Assembly (NCBI GenBank): GCA_903944345.1
Contig: CAJARJ010000014.1
Span: 64,990 to 128,989 of the forward strand
Source: Candidatus Omnitrophota bacterium
GTDB lineage: Bacteria > Omnitrophota > Gorgyraeia > Zapsychrales > Fredricksoniimonadaceae
Direction of reading: 5' to 3'
Length of the DNA stretch: 64,000 nucleotides
A program made the position numbers and the translations under genes. Below, piece after piece: positions 18,422 to 28,817 of this stretch (position 1 is the stretch's first letter; the number at the start of each line of letters is the position of its first letter). The notes under the pieces were generated by a model. That model was not told the origin of the DNA, did no database searches, and worked only from the letters and a program-made list of their open reading frames with translations.

Positions 18422-19210
18422 TTACGGGGAAATACCAAAAAAGTTACGGGCGTTCTGATTGACAACGGCAAGAACTTCAGCTTGCTCACGTTCCAGTAAA
18501 AGCGCCAAGGCCGTAAGCGTACGCCGAATATCCACAGGCGTTGAAGGAACTCTGCGGCCCTGTGCTGACGGATACGCCACCGGCGTGTCCGTCTCAAGTA
18601 AAATCCGCTCCAGCGGCGCGATCCGGGCGGCCAGACGACATTCCGCACTGAATTCCAGCGCTGGAGAAAAAGACACCAAAAAACCGGCCGATAAAATGTC
18701 TTCAAGAACATCCTGTGGCCCGCTAAACCAGTGGAATACAGCCCGGCTGACTCCTGCCGCCAGCGTCAGCTGCAAACAATCCCGCCAGGCTCCCCTGCTA
18801 TGAATAATAACCGGCAACCCCGCGTCTGCCGCAAGCAGCAGCTGGGAAGAAAAAACCTCCCGCTGCAGCACTTGCAGTCCGGGATCACGACGAATGGCAG
18901 GATAGGTGTAGTCCAATCCGATCTCGCCAATGGCAATGGCGCGGGCAAGGTTGTCCCGAATGTGCCCCAAACAATCCTCCGTCTCCTGCGCAGTCGTAAT
19001 ATTTCCGGGATGCAAACCAAGAGCCGGATGCAGCCGGGGCCACGGTTTCCCGACAGATGCGCAACAAAGTTCCAGATGCGTTTTATTGGAAGACCTATCA
19101 ACCCCGGGCAGGATCAGATCCGAAAGCCCCTGTGCCGCGCAAAACCGCAAGACAGTATCCGGATCATTGACAACGTATAAATGAGCATGAGTATCAATAA
19201 TATCGTGCAC
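18422..19210 (-). CDS. tatD: TatD-family metal-dependent hydrolase/DNase
   Basis: IIDTHAHLY...GEIGLDY...IIHSR...LETDTP motifs. GTG start at 19210 with GGAG 4 nt upstream, overlapping the dtd stop. Confidence 0.8.
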   Translation of the reverse strand: MHDIIDTHAHLYVVNDPDTVLRFCAAQGLSDLILPGVDRSSNKTHLELCCASVGKPWPRLHPALGLHPGNITTAQETEDCLGHIRDNLARAIAIGEIGLDYTYPAIRRDPGLQVLQREVFSSQLLLAADAGLPVIIHSRGAWRDCLQLTLAAGVSRAVFHWFSGPQDVLEDILSAGFLVSFSPALEFSAECRLAARIAPLERILLETDTPVAYPSAQGRRVPSTPVDIRRTLTALALLLEREQAEVLAVVNQNARNFFGISP

Positions 19211-19219
19211 AACGCTCCA

Positions 19220-19660
19220 CTATGAAGAAAGGATAATCGTAACCGGACCGTCATTGACCAGAGAAACTTCCATTATCGCCCGAAAACGGCCTGTGCGAAC
19301 CCGGCAAGGCCCCTTCTTGATGCTTTCAACAAAAGCGTTATAAAGCTGCTCGGCCTCGGCAGGCGGTGCCGCGTTGTCGAATGAAGGACGATTCCCCCTG
19401 GAAAGATCCGCAGCAAGAGTAAACTGCGAAACGATCAGAAACTCCCCGTCAACTTCAAAACAGGCCAGATCCATATTCGCCCCTTCAGGCGAAGGGAAAA
19501 GCCTCAACTGCAGAATTTTCCGGCTCATGGCTTCGACCTGATCCGGAGTATCCCCTTTCTCAATCGCGACCAGAACAACCAGCCCCTTGGCAATCGCTCC
19601 GATTGTTTCCCCGGCCACCACAACTTTGGCCTGCTTGACTCGCTGAAGAACGCATTTCAT
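19220..19660 (-). CDS. dtd: D-aminoacyl-tRNA deacylase
   Basis: MKCVLQRVKQAKVVVAGETIGAIAKGLVVLVAIEKGDT...SQFTL. ATG at 19660 preceded by GGGAGGTG. Confidence 0.85.
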   Translation of the reverse strand: MKCVLQRVKQAKVVVAGETIGAIAKGLVVLVAIEKGDTPDQVEAMSRKILQLRLFPSPEGANMDLACFEVDGEFLIVSQFTLAADLSRGNRPSFDNAAPPAEAEQLYNAFVESIKKGPCRVRTGRFRAIMEVSLVNDGPVTIILSS

Positions 19661-19713
19661 AAGCACCTCCCTGCGGACACAAGATTGCATTCGGGCGGAC
19701 ACGATGTCCGCCC

Positions 19714-20427
19714 CTACGGGAATAATTTGGCCAGAAGAGTGACGATCGCGGTGTCCACCCTGAGAATACGCTCGCCAAGACCGGCGATACAGCAGCCGGC
19801 CAAGCGAAATTGCTCCAGCTCCCAGGGAATAAAGCCGCCCTCAGGACCAACCAGCAACACGACTCCGCCGGTCACCCTCTCTTTGAAGAATGCAGAATCC
19901 CCGGAAGGATCAGCCACAACCCCCCGGCGACCCTGCAACAGCCCGGGCAAAACATCTTCAACAAAAGGCCGGAAACGCTCTTGCCGGGTCACAACAGGAA
20001 AAATCGTATCTCTGGACTGCTCAAGCCCAAGCTGCAACTGCTCCTGAAGCTCTTCTTCCCGCAAGACACTGCTTTGCCAGAAACTTTTCTCAACACGGCT
20101 TGAATTCATCAGAATGATTTCGGAGACTCCCAGCGAGGCCGCGGTAAGAAGCACCCGCTTGAGCACCAGCGGGCGCATAAGAGCCGCGCATAAAATGACA
20201 GGCAACTTCTTCGGCGGAGAATCCGTCAGTGAAACATCCAGAACAGCTTCATTATCCGAAACTTCCCGAACAATGCCGCGCCCCATGCTTCCTCCGGCCA
20301 GCCCGGTACAAAGAATGTCCCCGGGCTTGACCGCAAGAATCTGCTGCAAATGAACAAATCTCCGGCCGGTCAACCGAACCCGGCCGGGAGCAGTAAAATC
20401 CGAAGGAAACAACAAAAGAAGATTCAT
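19714..20427 (-). CDS. rsmE: 16S rRNA (uracil1498-N3)-methyltransferase
   Basis: RsmE pattern: N-terminal PUA-like region then VVLLVGPEGGFIPWELEQFRLAGCCIAGLGERILRVDTA. Confidence 0.8.
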   Translation of the reverse strand: MNLLLLFPSDFTAPGRVRLTGRRFVHLQQILAVKPGDILCTGLAGGSMGRGIVREVSDNEAVLDVSLTDSPPKKLPVILCAALMRPLVLKRVLLTAASLGVSEIILMNSSRVEKSFWQSSVLREEELQEQLQLGLEQSRDTIFPVVTRQERFRPFVEDVLPGLLQGRRGVVADPSGDSAFFKERVTGGVVLLVGPEGGFIPWELEQFRLAGCCIAGLGERILRVDTAIVTLLAKLFP

Positions 20428-20439
20428 GCCGGTCCAGGT

Positions 20440-20835
20440 TCAGGCCTCGGTCTTGAGCGCCTTGCGCAGTTTGGCCGGAGTCATTTTCTCCTTGCTATGC
20501 GCCTTGATCATCTTTCTCTGCCGGTCCACAATAGTCTCAACCTGACGACGAGTGGCAATAAAAGCTTCCCTTACAACCGTGGCCAGATTCTCGTGTGAAT
20601 TCCGCCCGGAATCACGCTTGACGACAATTTCATGATGAGGAGGAACGCGCACATCAATCCGGACATGATAGGAAAACTTTGCCTGCTGATGGGTCGGATT
20701 CTGTTCGACGTAAACATGACAGCTGATAATATGATCACACACCTGCTCCAGCTTGGAAATCTTCTCGGCAATCACATCTTCGACTTCATGCTTGTGAATA
20801 ACATTTTTCAGAACAACTTCCAATGGGACTTCCAT
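20440..20835 (-). CDS. hpf: Ribosome hibernation promoting factor / RaiA family protein
   Basis: MEVPLEVVLKNVIHKHEVEDVIAEKISKLEQVCDHIISCHVYVEQ... aligns with HPF/YfiA. ATG at 20835 preceded by GGAGG. Lys-rich C-terminal tail. Confidence 0.75.
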   Translation of the reverse strand: MEVPLEVVLKNVIHKHEVEDVIAEKISKLEQVCDHIISCHVYVEQNPTHQQAKFSYHVRIDVRVPPHHEIVVKRDSGRNSHENLATVVREAFIATRRQVETIVDRQRKMIKAHSKEKMTPAKLRKALKTEA

Positions 20836-21038
20836 ATATAACCTCCGTTTAAAAAGGCTCCCTGACCGGCTTCCCGAAGCCGGCCATCTGCCTGTTATTG
20901 CAACATGTCTTCACCATTGTCTTCAGATTCCGGGCTTTGTCAATCCAGGAATACACGACAAAGCAGGGAATCCATTGACTCCCCCGAATAAAGCAAATAG
21001 AATGCACAGAAAATCAGACTCAAACAATTAAAGATACC

Positions 21039-23252
21039 ATGCTATTTAAAGAGATGCTTGTAAAATATTCCTTTCCCGGAGCCTATATCGAAGCTCTGAC
21101 CGCCGGAGGAATCACGACCCTGCACCCGCCACAGGCCCAGGCCATCGAAGCCGGGGCGCTGGATCGCCAAAGCCTGGTGCTGGCTGTCCCTACCGCATCG
21201 GGCAAAACCCTGATCGCGGAACTGGCCATTCTCAAAGCTATCGCTGAACGCAAAAACCCTTCTGCGCAGGCCTCTTCCGGCACCGGAAAATGTCTTTACA
21301 TCTCTCCGCTCAAGGCTCTGGCCAGCGAAAAATACCGCGACTTCACCCGGAAATACGCCGGACTTGGCATCCGGGTCGGCATCGCTATCGGAGATCTGGA
21401 TTCGCCTTCGGCGCATCTTAAAAGTTACGATATTATCATTGCCACCGCCGAAAAAGTTGATTCCCTGCTGCGCGCCCGCAGTGAATGGCTCTGTGGCAAT
21501 CTGGATGTCATTGTCCTGGACGAAGTGCATGTTCTGGGGGATCCGGGGCGGGGCCCGACTCTGGAAATCCTTATTACCCGCCTCAGGCAACTTAACCCGC
21601 AAGCCCAGATCCTGGCTCTTTCTGCCACGGTTCCCAACGCCCAGGAAATGGCCGACTGGCTGGAAGCAAAACTGGTAGCCTCCTCATGGCGGCCCATCCC
21701 GCTGCATGAAGGTGTTTTTTACAATAATCGCCTGACATATAAAGAAGGGCATATTCGACTGATCAAGGAAGAAGCTCCGGAAGATCTGCAGAAACTGGTC
21801 GTTGATACCCTGCGCAGCCGCTCGGGAACTCCCCCCCGCGGAGGACAGGCCCTGGTTTTTGTCAATTCCCGCCGCTCCACACAGGCTTCCGCCCGGGAGC
21901 TCTGTCCCTGGGTGGCCCCACTCCTGACACCGGAAGAACGTAAAGCCCTTGCCCTGCTGGCCGACGAACTGGCCCCTTCCGTTGACTCAACAAAAATTTG
22001 CCAGAAGCTGGCCGACTGTGTGCGTAACGGCGCAGCCTTCCATCATGCCGGCCTCAAACCTTTCCAGCGGGAAGCCATCGAGGAAAATTTCAAAAAGAAT
22101 CTGATCAAAGTCATCTGCTCGACACCAACTCTGGCGGCCGGAGTCAACCTTCCGGCCAGACGCGCAATTATCCGCGACGCCAAACGCTACGCGTCCGGAG
22201 TTGGATCGGTCTTTATCCCGGCCAGCGAATACAAGCAATGTGCCGGCCGGGCCGGCCGACCGCAATACGACGAATACGGTGAGGCTGTGCTGATCGCCAA
22301 GTCCCTCTCGGATCAGAATGCCCTGTTTGAACGTTTTATCCTGTCCCCCCCGGAACCAGTCGATTCAAGGCTGGCGGATGAAGCCGAACTGCGAAAACAC
22401 ATTCTGGCCGCTATCGCTTCCGGATATGTCACCGATATCAACGGCATGCTGGAATTCCTGCAGTCGACCTTTCTTTCTCACCAGCGAAAAGGAATCAACC
22501 TGCTGGACATCATCGGCCGGATTTTCGAGTTTCTTAACGCCGAGCAGTTCATAAAAAAAAGCGGCTTTCGCTATTTTGCCACTCCTTTTGGAGCCCGGGT
22601 CAGCCGGCTTTATATCGATCCTGTTTCGGGGCTGATCATCAAAAAAGGCCTGGCCAAAGCTGCCGCCGGACACTCCTTCTCGGGGATCGGATTGCTGCAC
22701 CTTGTAGCCTCAACCCCGGACAGCGAAATGCTTTCAGTCGGCAAAAAGAACGCCGAAGACCTGGAGGATTTCGGTAACCGGGTCGCCGACGAATTGCTCC
22801 TGACCAGAGATGATATAGAATCGCTGGGCGACTACTATACAGCTCTTGCCGTCCTAAAAACAGTCTGGATGCTGGTGCGCTGGATGGATGAGGAACGTGA
22901 AGAGGATCTCTGTGAAAGATTTGACATCGGCCCGGGAGATGTTTTCCGCCATACCGAATCAGCTCAATGGCTGTTGTACAGCGCGCAATCGATCGCTGAA
23001 GTTTTTCATTTCACAAAACTGACTTTCTTTCTGGAAGGCCTGCGGAATCGGGTTCGTTACGGCATCAAGGAAGAACTTCTGGAGCTGGCCGCTCTCAAAG
23101 GCATTGGACGGGTACGAGCGCGCATACTGTTTGCTCACGGCATTCAGACCAATGCAGGCATTCGCCAGGCCGGAGAAAAGCTCCTGGCGGGAATGAAAGG
23201 CATCGGCCCGGCCCTGGCCCGGGATTTGCTCCGGCAAGCCAACAGCGAATAA
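21039..23252 (+). CDS. Hel308/Ski2-like superfamily-2 DNA helicase (DEAD/DEAH core, winged-helix/ratchet domain and C-terminal HhH domain)
   Basis: 737 aa. [21 protein letters not shown] (motif I), VIVLDEVH (motif II), LALSAT (III), [14 protein letters not shown] (V), QCAGRAGR (VI). C-terminal [24 protein letters not shown] is a helix-hairpin-helix. Confidence 0.8.
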   Translation: MLFKEMLVKYSFPGAYIEALTAGGITTLHPPQAQAIEAGALDRQSLVLAVPTASGKTLIAELAILKAIAERKNPSAQASSGTGKCLYISPLKALASEKYRDFTRKYAGLGIRVGIAIGDLDSPSAHLKSYDIIIATAEKVDSLLRARSEWLCGNLDVIVLDEVHVLGDPGRGPTLEILITRLRQLNPQAQILALSATVPNAQEMADWLEAKLVASSWRPIPLHEGVFYNNRLTYKEGHIRLIKEEAPEDLQKLVVDTLRSRSGTPPRGGQALVFVNSRRSTQASARELCPWVAPLLTPEERKALALLADELAPSVDSTKICQKLADCVRNGAAFHHAGLKPFQREAIEENFKKNLIKVICSTPTLAAGVNLPARRAIIRDAKRYASGVGSVFIPASEYKQCAGRAGRPQYDEYGEAVLIAKSLSDQNALFERFILSPPEPVDSRLADEAELRKHILAAIASGYVTDINGMLEFLQSTFLSHQRKGINLLDIIGRIFEFLNAEQFIKKSGFRYFATPFGARVSRLYIDPVSGLIIKKGLAKAAAGHSFSGIGLLHLVASTPDSEMLSVGKKNAEDLEDFGNRVADELLLTRDDIESLGDYYTALAVLKTVWMLVRWMDEEREEDLCERFDIGPGDVFRHTESAQWLLYSAQSIAEVFHFTKLTFFLEGLRNRVRYGIKEELLELAALKGIGRVRARILFAHGIQTNAGIRQAGEKLLAGMKGIGPALARDLLRQANSE

Positions 23253-23271
23253 CTCCGCGTCAGTAAACAAA

Positions 23272-24987
23272 TCAAATAAGATTCTCGGAACGAAGCCGCT
23301 CAAGGATTTCGCGCACACCTGTCACCGCATTGGCGCTGGATCCTCCATGTTCCAGAAAAAAGCAGTAGGCAAAACGCCCGGACGAGGAACGCGTCACACC
23401 GGCAAACCAGGCATGGTCTTCACGCCCGGCTCCGGTCTGCGCTGTTCCGGTCTTGCCATAAGTTGTCAAGCCATCCATCTTCAACTGGTTTGCAGTTCCG
23501 GAGGGCATGTCCACAACCAGAGAAAGACCTTTTAACACTATGTCCCACACCTCGTCACGGAAAACCAGCTGACGTGCACTCTGGGGTGCCCCCGCACAAA
23601 GATCTCCCCGGGATCCGACAGCGGAAACCAGACATGGGGTTTGCAGTCTGCCCCGGGTCTCCAGAGCCGCCATCATGCGGGCCAACTGCAAAGGAGTAGA
23701 CAAAACATCGCCCTGACCGATCGACATATTAGCCGTATCCCCCTGGTACCAGTTACGATAAGAGGAACGGACCGGAATATTTCCTTTGCTCTCGTACGGC
23801 ACAGAAATACCCGTACGTTCTCCAAGACCAAATTTTCTGGCGTATTCAGCCAATTTTTCCGCTCCGAGGAGAAACCCTGTATGAAAAAAATATTCGTTGG
23901 CGGAATGCCCCAACGCCCGAACCAGATCCTGTCGTCCAAACGCATGCGGAAACTGATAACGGCGGTTACCCAAAACAAAGAAACCCGGACAGTCAAATTC
24001 GGTGCCCGCTGTAATCTTTCGCTCCTGCAATCCGCCAAAAGAAACGGGAATCTTGAAAACCGATCCTGGCTGGAAAGCCGCAGCATAAGCACGATTAATC
24101 ATGGGCGAACGCGTATCCTTAAGATAGGCAGACACATCGTCAACGCCTTCACCGGAAGAAAAAGCATTCGGATCAAAAGAAGGCGCACTGAGCATGGCCA
24201 CAACCTGGGCCGAGGAAATATCAATCATCACAAAAGCCCCCCTGCGTCCGCCAAGCACATCATAGGCAATCTGCTGGATACGCTGATCAATGGTCAGAAC
24301 GATATCGGCACCAGGAGCCGGATCGCGCAACGTCAGAACCCTCACTTCTCGACCACGACTGTTGACCTCAACTTCACGCCCCCCGGGAATGCCGCGCAAA
24401 TCCTCGTCAAACCCTTCCTCAACCCCCGTATAACCGACAAGACCGGGAACAGGATCTCCGTTATTAATCAGATCCTTCATTCTGCGGGCATCGACAGCGG
24501 CAGCGTAACCAAGCAAATGGGAGCCGACAGCCCGACGAGGATACCGACGTTTATAATCTTCCAGAATAACCAGACCGGGATGAAGAAAAGCCCCTTCCGT
24601 AACCCGAATCGCCTGTTCGCGGTCAAGTCCGGTGACCACCGGCACCGGAGTATATGGCGAAGCACGTCCACGGATATAACGACGTTCCAGAACCCCGGAT
24701 TCGATACCCAGCGCTCCGGAGAGAAACATAAAAATTGCCTGCCGCCCCTTGGCTGTGCTGTCCTGGGGAATAATCGCGGCATCAAAGGTCTTGAGGCTTT
24801 CGGCTAAAACAATACCGTTGCGGTCAAGAATATTCCCGCGCGGCCCGTCGAAAGAAATAACCCGGCGGGAATTATTACGACTTTGACGGGCGAAATAACT
24901 TCCCCGGATGACCTGCAAATAAAAAAGATCCAGCACCAGAAGCAGAAAAAGAAAAGTAAAAACATAACGGATCACATTCAATCGCAT
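23272..24987 (-). CDS. mrdA: Penicillin-binding protein 2 (peptidoglycan D,D-transpeptidase)
   Basis: N-terminal TM anchor, dimerisation domain, transpeptidase motifs (SVFK = SxxK, SAN-like, KTGTA). Last gene of the mreBCD-mrdA cluster. Confidence 0.85.
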   Translation of the reverse strand: MRLNVIRYVFTFLFLLLVLDLFYLQVIRGSYFARQSRNNSRRVISFDGPRGNILDRNGIVLAESLKTFDAAIIPQDSTAKGRQAIFMFLSGALGIESGVLERRYIRGRASPYTPVPVVTGLDREQAIRVTEGAFLHPGLVILEDYKRRYPRRAVGSHLLGYAAAVDARRMKDLINNGDPVPGLVGYTGVEEGFDEDLRGIPGGREVEVNSRGREVRVLTLRDPAPGADIVLTIDQRIQQIAYDVLGGRRGAFVMIDISSAQVVAMLSAPSFDPNAFSSGEGVDDVSAYLKDTRSPMINRAYAAAFQPGSVFKIPVSFGGLQERKITAGTEFDCPGFFVLGNRRYQFPHAFGRQDLVRALGHSANEYFFHTGFLLGAEKLAEYARKFGLGERTGISVPYESKGNIPVRSSYRNWYQGDTANMSIGQGDVLSTPLQLARMMAALETRGRLQTPCLVSAVGSRGDLCAGAPQSARQLVFRDEVWDIVLKGLSLVVDMPSGTANQLKMDGLTTYGKTGTAQTGAGREDHAWFAGVTRSSSGRFAYCFFLEHGGSSANAVTGVREILERLRSENLI

Positions 24988-24990
24988 AAA

Positions 24991-25542
24991 TCAAAACCTC
25001 AAGACCCGTGCCAGAAACAAAAGACGACCGAACAAAGACAAGGCCACGACCAATGTGGTAACAACCTCGGGCAGCCATATCCCCAGAAAAACCTCGCCCC
25101 AGGCAACCTCCTCGAAAACCATCTGATGCAAAAAACCAAGAACCAGCACATTCGCCGTCACAACAGCAAAGATCATAAAAAGCTTGGAAAGGTCATTGCC
25201 ACGTTCATAAAACGTATGCCGGATAAAAACCGAGAAATAGACACAAACCACATAGGCCAGAATATGCGTGCCAAAAGGCATGGTGCTAAAACAGTCCTTG
25301 AACATTCCCGCCCAGAAAGCAGACCACAGACTAAAACGAACACCGGAATAAAGATTGAAAAACAGCACCACCAGCAAAAGCAGCTGAGGATCTCCCCAGC
25401 GGCCAAAAAGATTAAACAGGCAAAACTCCGCCAGCAACGCAAAAAAACAGATCAACGGAATATAAACAACCTGTTTCATAGAAAATTCCGATAACAAACA
25501 CAATCGGCCCCGCCTTCTCCTGAAAAACCGGATACGGGCCAT
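24991..25542 (-). CDS. mreD: Rod shape-determining protein MreD
   Basis: Polytopic small membrane protein immediately after mreC. Two candidate ATGs: 25542 (3 nt after the mreC stop) and 25479 (MKQVVYIPL...). Confidence 0.7.
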   Translation of the reverse strand: MARIRFFRRRRGRLCLLSEFSMKQVVYIPLICFFALLAEFCLFNLFGRWGDPQLLLLVVLFFNLYSGVRFSLWSAFWAGMFKDCFSTMPFGTHILAYVVCVYFSVFIRHTFYERGNDLSKLFMIFAVVTANVLVLGFLHQMVFEEVAWGEVFLGIWLPEVVTTLVVALSLFGRLLFLARVLRF

Positions 25543-25544
25543 CG

Positions 25545-26324
25545 TTATTTAAGGACTAGCACCTCTTCAAGCGTGGAAACATCGACCGCAGGATGAATAT
25601 CCACCTGCCTGCGCGCTCCTGAGGCAAACTCCGTGATACGCACCACATGCCCGATAAGCAAACCGGGAGGAAAATCAGAACTCAGAGCCGACGTTATCAC
25701 TTCATCTTCCAGCTCCAGATCAGGATTTTCCGGAAGATAAAGCATCCGGCAACTGCCGGACAATGTTCCGCTGACCAGAGCACTCTCGCGCGAACGCCTG
25801 TTGATCGCCGCCACACTGAAACCCGGATCCCCAATCAGGACAACCTTGGCGGCCCGGTCAGAAACCTCGGCGACTTTCCCTACGACACCATCGACATTGA
25901 TGACAGCCATTCCGGGACGCAGTCCGTCTCTTTTCCCGCGGTTGATCATGATCGAGGAATTCCAGTTAGCCGGATCCCGGGCAATGACAGCGGCCATGAC
26001 AGCATCAAAACTTTTGCTGTCACGAAACTGATACAGCCGGCCAAAACGATTGGTTTCACGGACAATTTCTTCCAGCTGCACGATTCTGGACTTCAGCGAA
26101 CCTGACTCTCTTTTCAAACGCTGATTTTCCTGCCATATGCGCCGGTAAGAAAGCAGCCGAACGGCTTCATTCAGCGGCCAGCGAACCGTAGCCACCGATG
26201 CGGTCATTACTCCCATCGCCTTCATTTTCAGGCCATGCCAGGAAGTAGAATTAAAGAATATCAGCCAGAAAGGAACCAGCAGAAAAAGAAAATAGATAAT
26301 TTGTTTGGGAAACCTGAAGAACAT
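25545..26324 (-). CDS. mreC: Rod shape-determining protein MreC
   Basis: N-terminal TM helix, coiled-coil (QENQRLKRESGSLKSRIVQLEE), C-terminal beta domains (GMAVINVDGVVGKVAEV). Confidence 0.8.
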   Translation of the reverse strand: MFFRFPKQIIYFLFLLVPFWLIFFNSTSWHGLKMKAMGVMTASVATVRWPLNEAVRLLSYRRIWQENQRLKRESGSLKSRIVQLEEIVRETNRFGRLYQFRDSKSFDAVMAAVIARDPANWNSSIMINRGKRDGLRPGMAVINVDGVVGKVAEVSDRAAKVVLIGDPGFSVAAINRRSRESALVSGTLSGSCRMLYLPENPDLELEDEVITSALSSDFPPGLLIGHVVRITEFASGARRQVDIHPAVDVSTLEEVLVLK

Positions 26325-26376
26325 GCAAGACCGTCAATGCCGCCGGATGAACAGCGGACACCCCCTCTTTCTATTG

Positions 26377-27450
26377 CTAGAAATCGAGTTTTGAATTGGA
26401 CATAAGACGCCGCTGAAGATTGCGCGACATATTGAGCGTTTCGCCGGTTCCGCGAACAACCGCCGTGGTTGGATCGTCCGCCACCAGGACAGGCAGTCCG
26501 GTTTCTTCCGCAATTCGTTTATCGAGCCCTCTGAGCAGAGAACCGCCTCCAGCCATCACAATGCCGCGGTCAATCAAATCCGCAGCCAGCTCCGGAGGCG
26601 TATGTTCCAGGGTTGACTTGGAAGCATCCACAATCGACTGCACAGTATCGGCCAGGGCTTCACGGATCTCCACAGAGGTTACCGCGATAGTCTTCGGCAA
26701 TCCGGCAATCAGATCCCGTCCGCGAACATCCATGGTCATTTCTTCTTCCAACGGATACGCTGAACCAATACGAATCTTGATCTCTTCCGCAGTCCGCTCC
26801 CCGATCATCAGATTGTAGGTCTTACGCAGATACTCTGTGATATCCTCGTCCATCTCATCGCCTGCAATCTTGATGGATTTGGAATAAACCAGACCCCCCA
26901 AAGAAATAACAGCGTAATCGGTGGTCCCGCCTCCGATATCGATCACCATATTGCCGCCCGGCTCCTGAACCGGAAGACCAACACCGATAGCCGCAGCCTT
27001 GGGTTGTTCGACCAAAATAACACTGCGGGCACCGGCATGCTCGGCCGCGTCAATGACCGCGCGTCGCTCAACCTGCGAAATCTCCGGCGGAATGGCCACA
27101 ACAACTGATGGCCTTGTAAGAAAACCTCTGGGCTGAACCTTCTTGATAAAATATTTGAGCATGGCCTCGGTAACTTCCGGATCGGAAATAACCCCGTCTT
27201 TCATGGGCCGGATCGCCACAATGCTGTCGGGCGTGCGACCCAGCATTTTCTTGGCCTCTTCACCAACCGCAACAACCCGATTGGTTGCTTTCTCAATAGC
27301 TACGACCGAAGGCTCGCTAAGTACAACCCCTTCCCCCCGCACAAAAACATGCGTGCTGGCGGTTCCCAGATCAATGCCCAGATCGTTGGAAAAAAGCCCC
27401 AACACGCTGTCGATCAGTCCTTTTATAAAACGGAAAAGTTTCTGGATCAT
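26377..27450 (-). CDS. mreB: Rod shape-determining protein MreB (actin homologue)
   Basis: [33 protein letters not shown]...[16 protein letters not shown]...[21 protein letters not shown]-terminal amphipathic helix. Confidence 0.9.
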   Translation of the reverse strand: MIQKLFRFIKGLIDSVLGLFSNDLGIDLGTASTHVFVRGEGVVLSEPSVVAIEKATNRVVAVGEEAKKMLGRTPDSIVAIRPMKDGVISDPEVTEAMLKYFIKKVQPRGFLTRPSVVVAIPPEISQVERRAVIDAAEHAGARSVILVEQPKAAAIGVGLPVQEPGGNMVIDIGGGTTDYAVISLGGLVYSKSIKIAGDEMDEDITEYLRKTYNLMIGERTAEEIKIRIGSAYPLEEEMTMDVRGRDLIAGLPKTIAVTSVEIREALADTVQSIVDASKSTLEHTPPELAADLIDRGIVMAGGGSLLRGLDKRIAEETGLPVLVADDPTTAVVRGTGETLNMSRNLQRRLMSNSKLDF

Positions 27451-27524
27451 GTCGGGCCTCTGATTAAGAAAGGTTATAAAAAATCTGTTGTATAGTATAC
27501 GAAAAAGCGGAGCAAGTCAACTCG

Positions 27525-28817
27525 TCAGGAATTCCCGGCCTGCCGCACGATGAGCGAACGAAAATGCCGGACAAAAGCCGGATAGGATTTGGCACAACAT
27601 TCCATATCCCGGACAGTGACACCAATCCTGGTTCCCAAAACAGCGAACGCCATAGCCAGCCGATGATCGCGATGAGGATCAAGTTCAACATTGCCTTTAT
27701 ATTGAGCACAGGGACGAATAACCAGTTCATCCTTTGTTTCAGTAATATCCGCCCCCGTCTTGAGCAGTTCAGTACGCAGATCACTGATCCGGTCAGACTC
27801 CTTGACTCTTGCGTGAGCAATATCAGTTAAACGGGTTTCCCCCTGTGCAAACATGGCGATCACTGCCATAACCGGAACCAGATCAGGAGCATTCGCCAGG
27901 GAAAAAGTTCCACCTTTAATACGGCAAGGCCCCTTGATGCGCAACATCTTTTTGCTCCGCTGAACAGCAACTCCCATTTTGTCCAGAAATTCAAGAATAG
28001 CCCCATCCGACTGCACAAGGCGGTCGTCAAAATGCCCCTTGAGCCTGACATCGGAGGAACCGAGAGCCGCGGCCGCCAGAAGAAACGCCGCCAGACCATA
28101 ATCAGATGGCACCGTAAACGATTTAAGTCCATGAAATTGCTGTCCTCCGGGGATAGAAAATTCCCGGTCAGAAACCCTGCCGACGCTTACCCCGGCCCGC
28201 TCAAGAATCTGTTCGGTCATGGTCACATAATCGCGGGAGACCAGCTTGCGCCCTGTCATCAAAAGACGGGTATCCCGCGGTGCTTGCGGCAAAGCAATCA
28301 TAAGCGCCGATATAAACTGCGAACTAAGCGACCCGTCAATTGACACTCGCCCGCCGGAGAAGCTTCCCCCCTGAAAACTGATCGGGACAGAACCGTTGGA
28401 ATCCTCTGCAGTAAACGTCAGACCGCAGGCGGTGAGCGTTTCAAGTAAATGCCGGTTAGGGCGGCCGATCAAAGTTCCCCTGCCATTGACCAGAGCCGAA
28501 TCGGTGTAAAAAGGAAGCAGCGGCAGAATAAAACGCAGGGATGTTCCGGACTCACGCACATCAATCCTCAATTGTTTCCTGCTTTTAGCCGATGACGCAG
28601 CCTCCACCAGAAAACCACCCGGAATGGCTTTAAGGGATGCCCCCAAAGCACGAGCGACACCCAAAGCAGCCTTGGCATCATCACAATCCGAAAGCCCGGT
28701 CAGACGGGATACGCCGCCGCAGGCGGCTATAAAGATAGCCCGGATCGAATACGACTTTGAGGCCGGAAGATCAACTGCACCGGCCATCCTGGCCACCGGA
28801 GAAATCCTGAATTTCAT
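27525..28817 (-). CDS. aroA: 3-phosphoshikimate 1-carboxyvinyltransferase (EPSP synthase)
   Basis: MKFRISPVARMAGAVDLPASKSYSIRAIF... The ATG overlaps the upstream gene's stop (ATGA). Confidence 0.9.
   Translation of the reverse strand: MKFRISPVARMAGAVDLPASKSYSIRAIFIAACGGVSRLTGLSDCDDAKAALGVARALGASLKAIPGGFLVEAASSAKSRKQLRIDVRESGTSLRFILPLLPFYTDSALVNGRGTLIGRPNRHLLETLTACGLTFTAEDSNGSVPISFQGGSFSGGRVSIDGSLSSQFISALMIALPQAPRDTRLLMTGRKLVSRDYVTMTEQILERAGVSVGRVSDREFSIPGGQQFHGLKSFTVPSDYGLAAFLLAAAALGSSDVRLKGHFDDRLVQSDGAILEFLDKMGVAVQRSKKMLRIKGPCRIKGGTFSLANAPDLVPVMAVIAMFAQGETRLTDIAHARVKESDRISDLRTELLKTGADITETKDELVIRPCAQYKGNVELDPHRDHRLAMAFAVLGTRIGVTVRDMECCAKSYPAFVRHFRSLIVRQAGNS

Noticed and set aside
20836-21038. 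Sigma-54 promoter for hpf, a gene classically linked to rpoN
   Set aside because: The closest TGG...TTGCA candidate (TGGTGAAGACATGTTGCA) has a 12-nt rather than 10-nt spacer between the GG and GC elements. A CCGGCTTC-ccg-GAAGCCGG hairpin is present in the 5'UTR region, but its function is unassigned.
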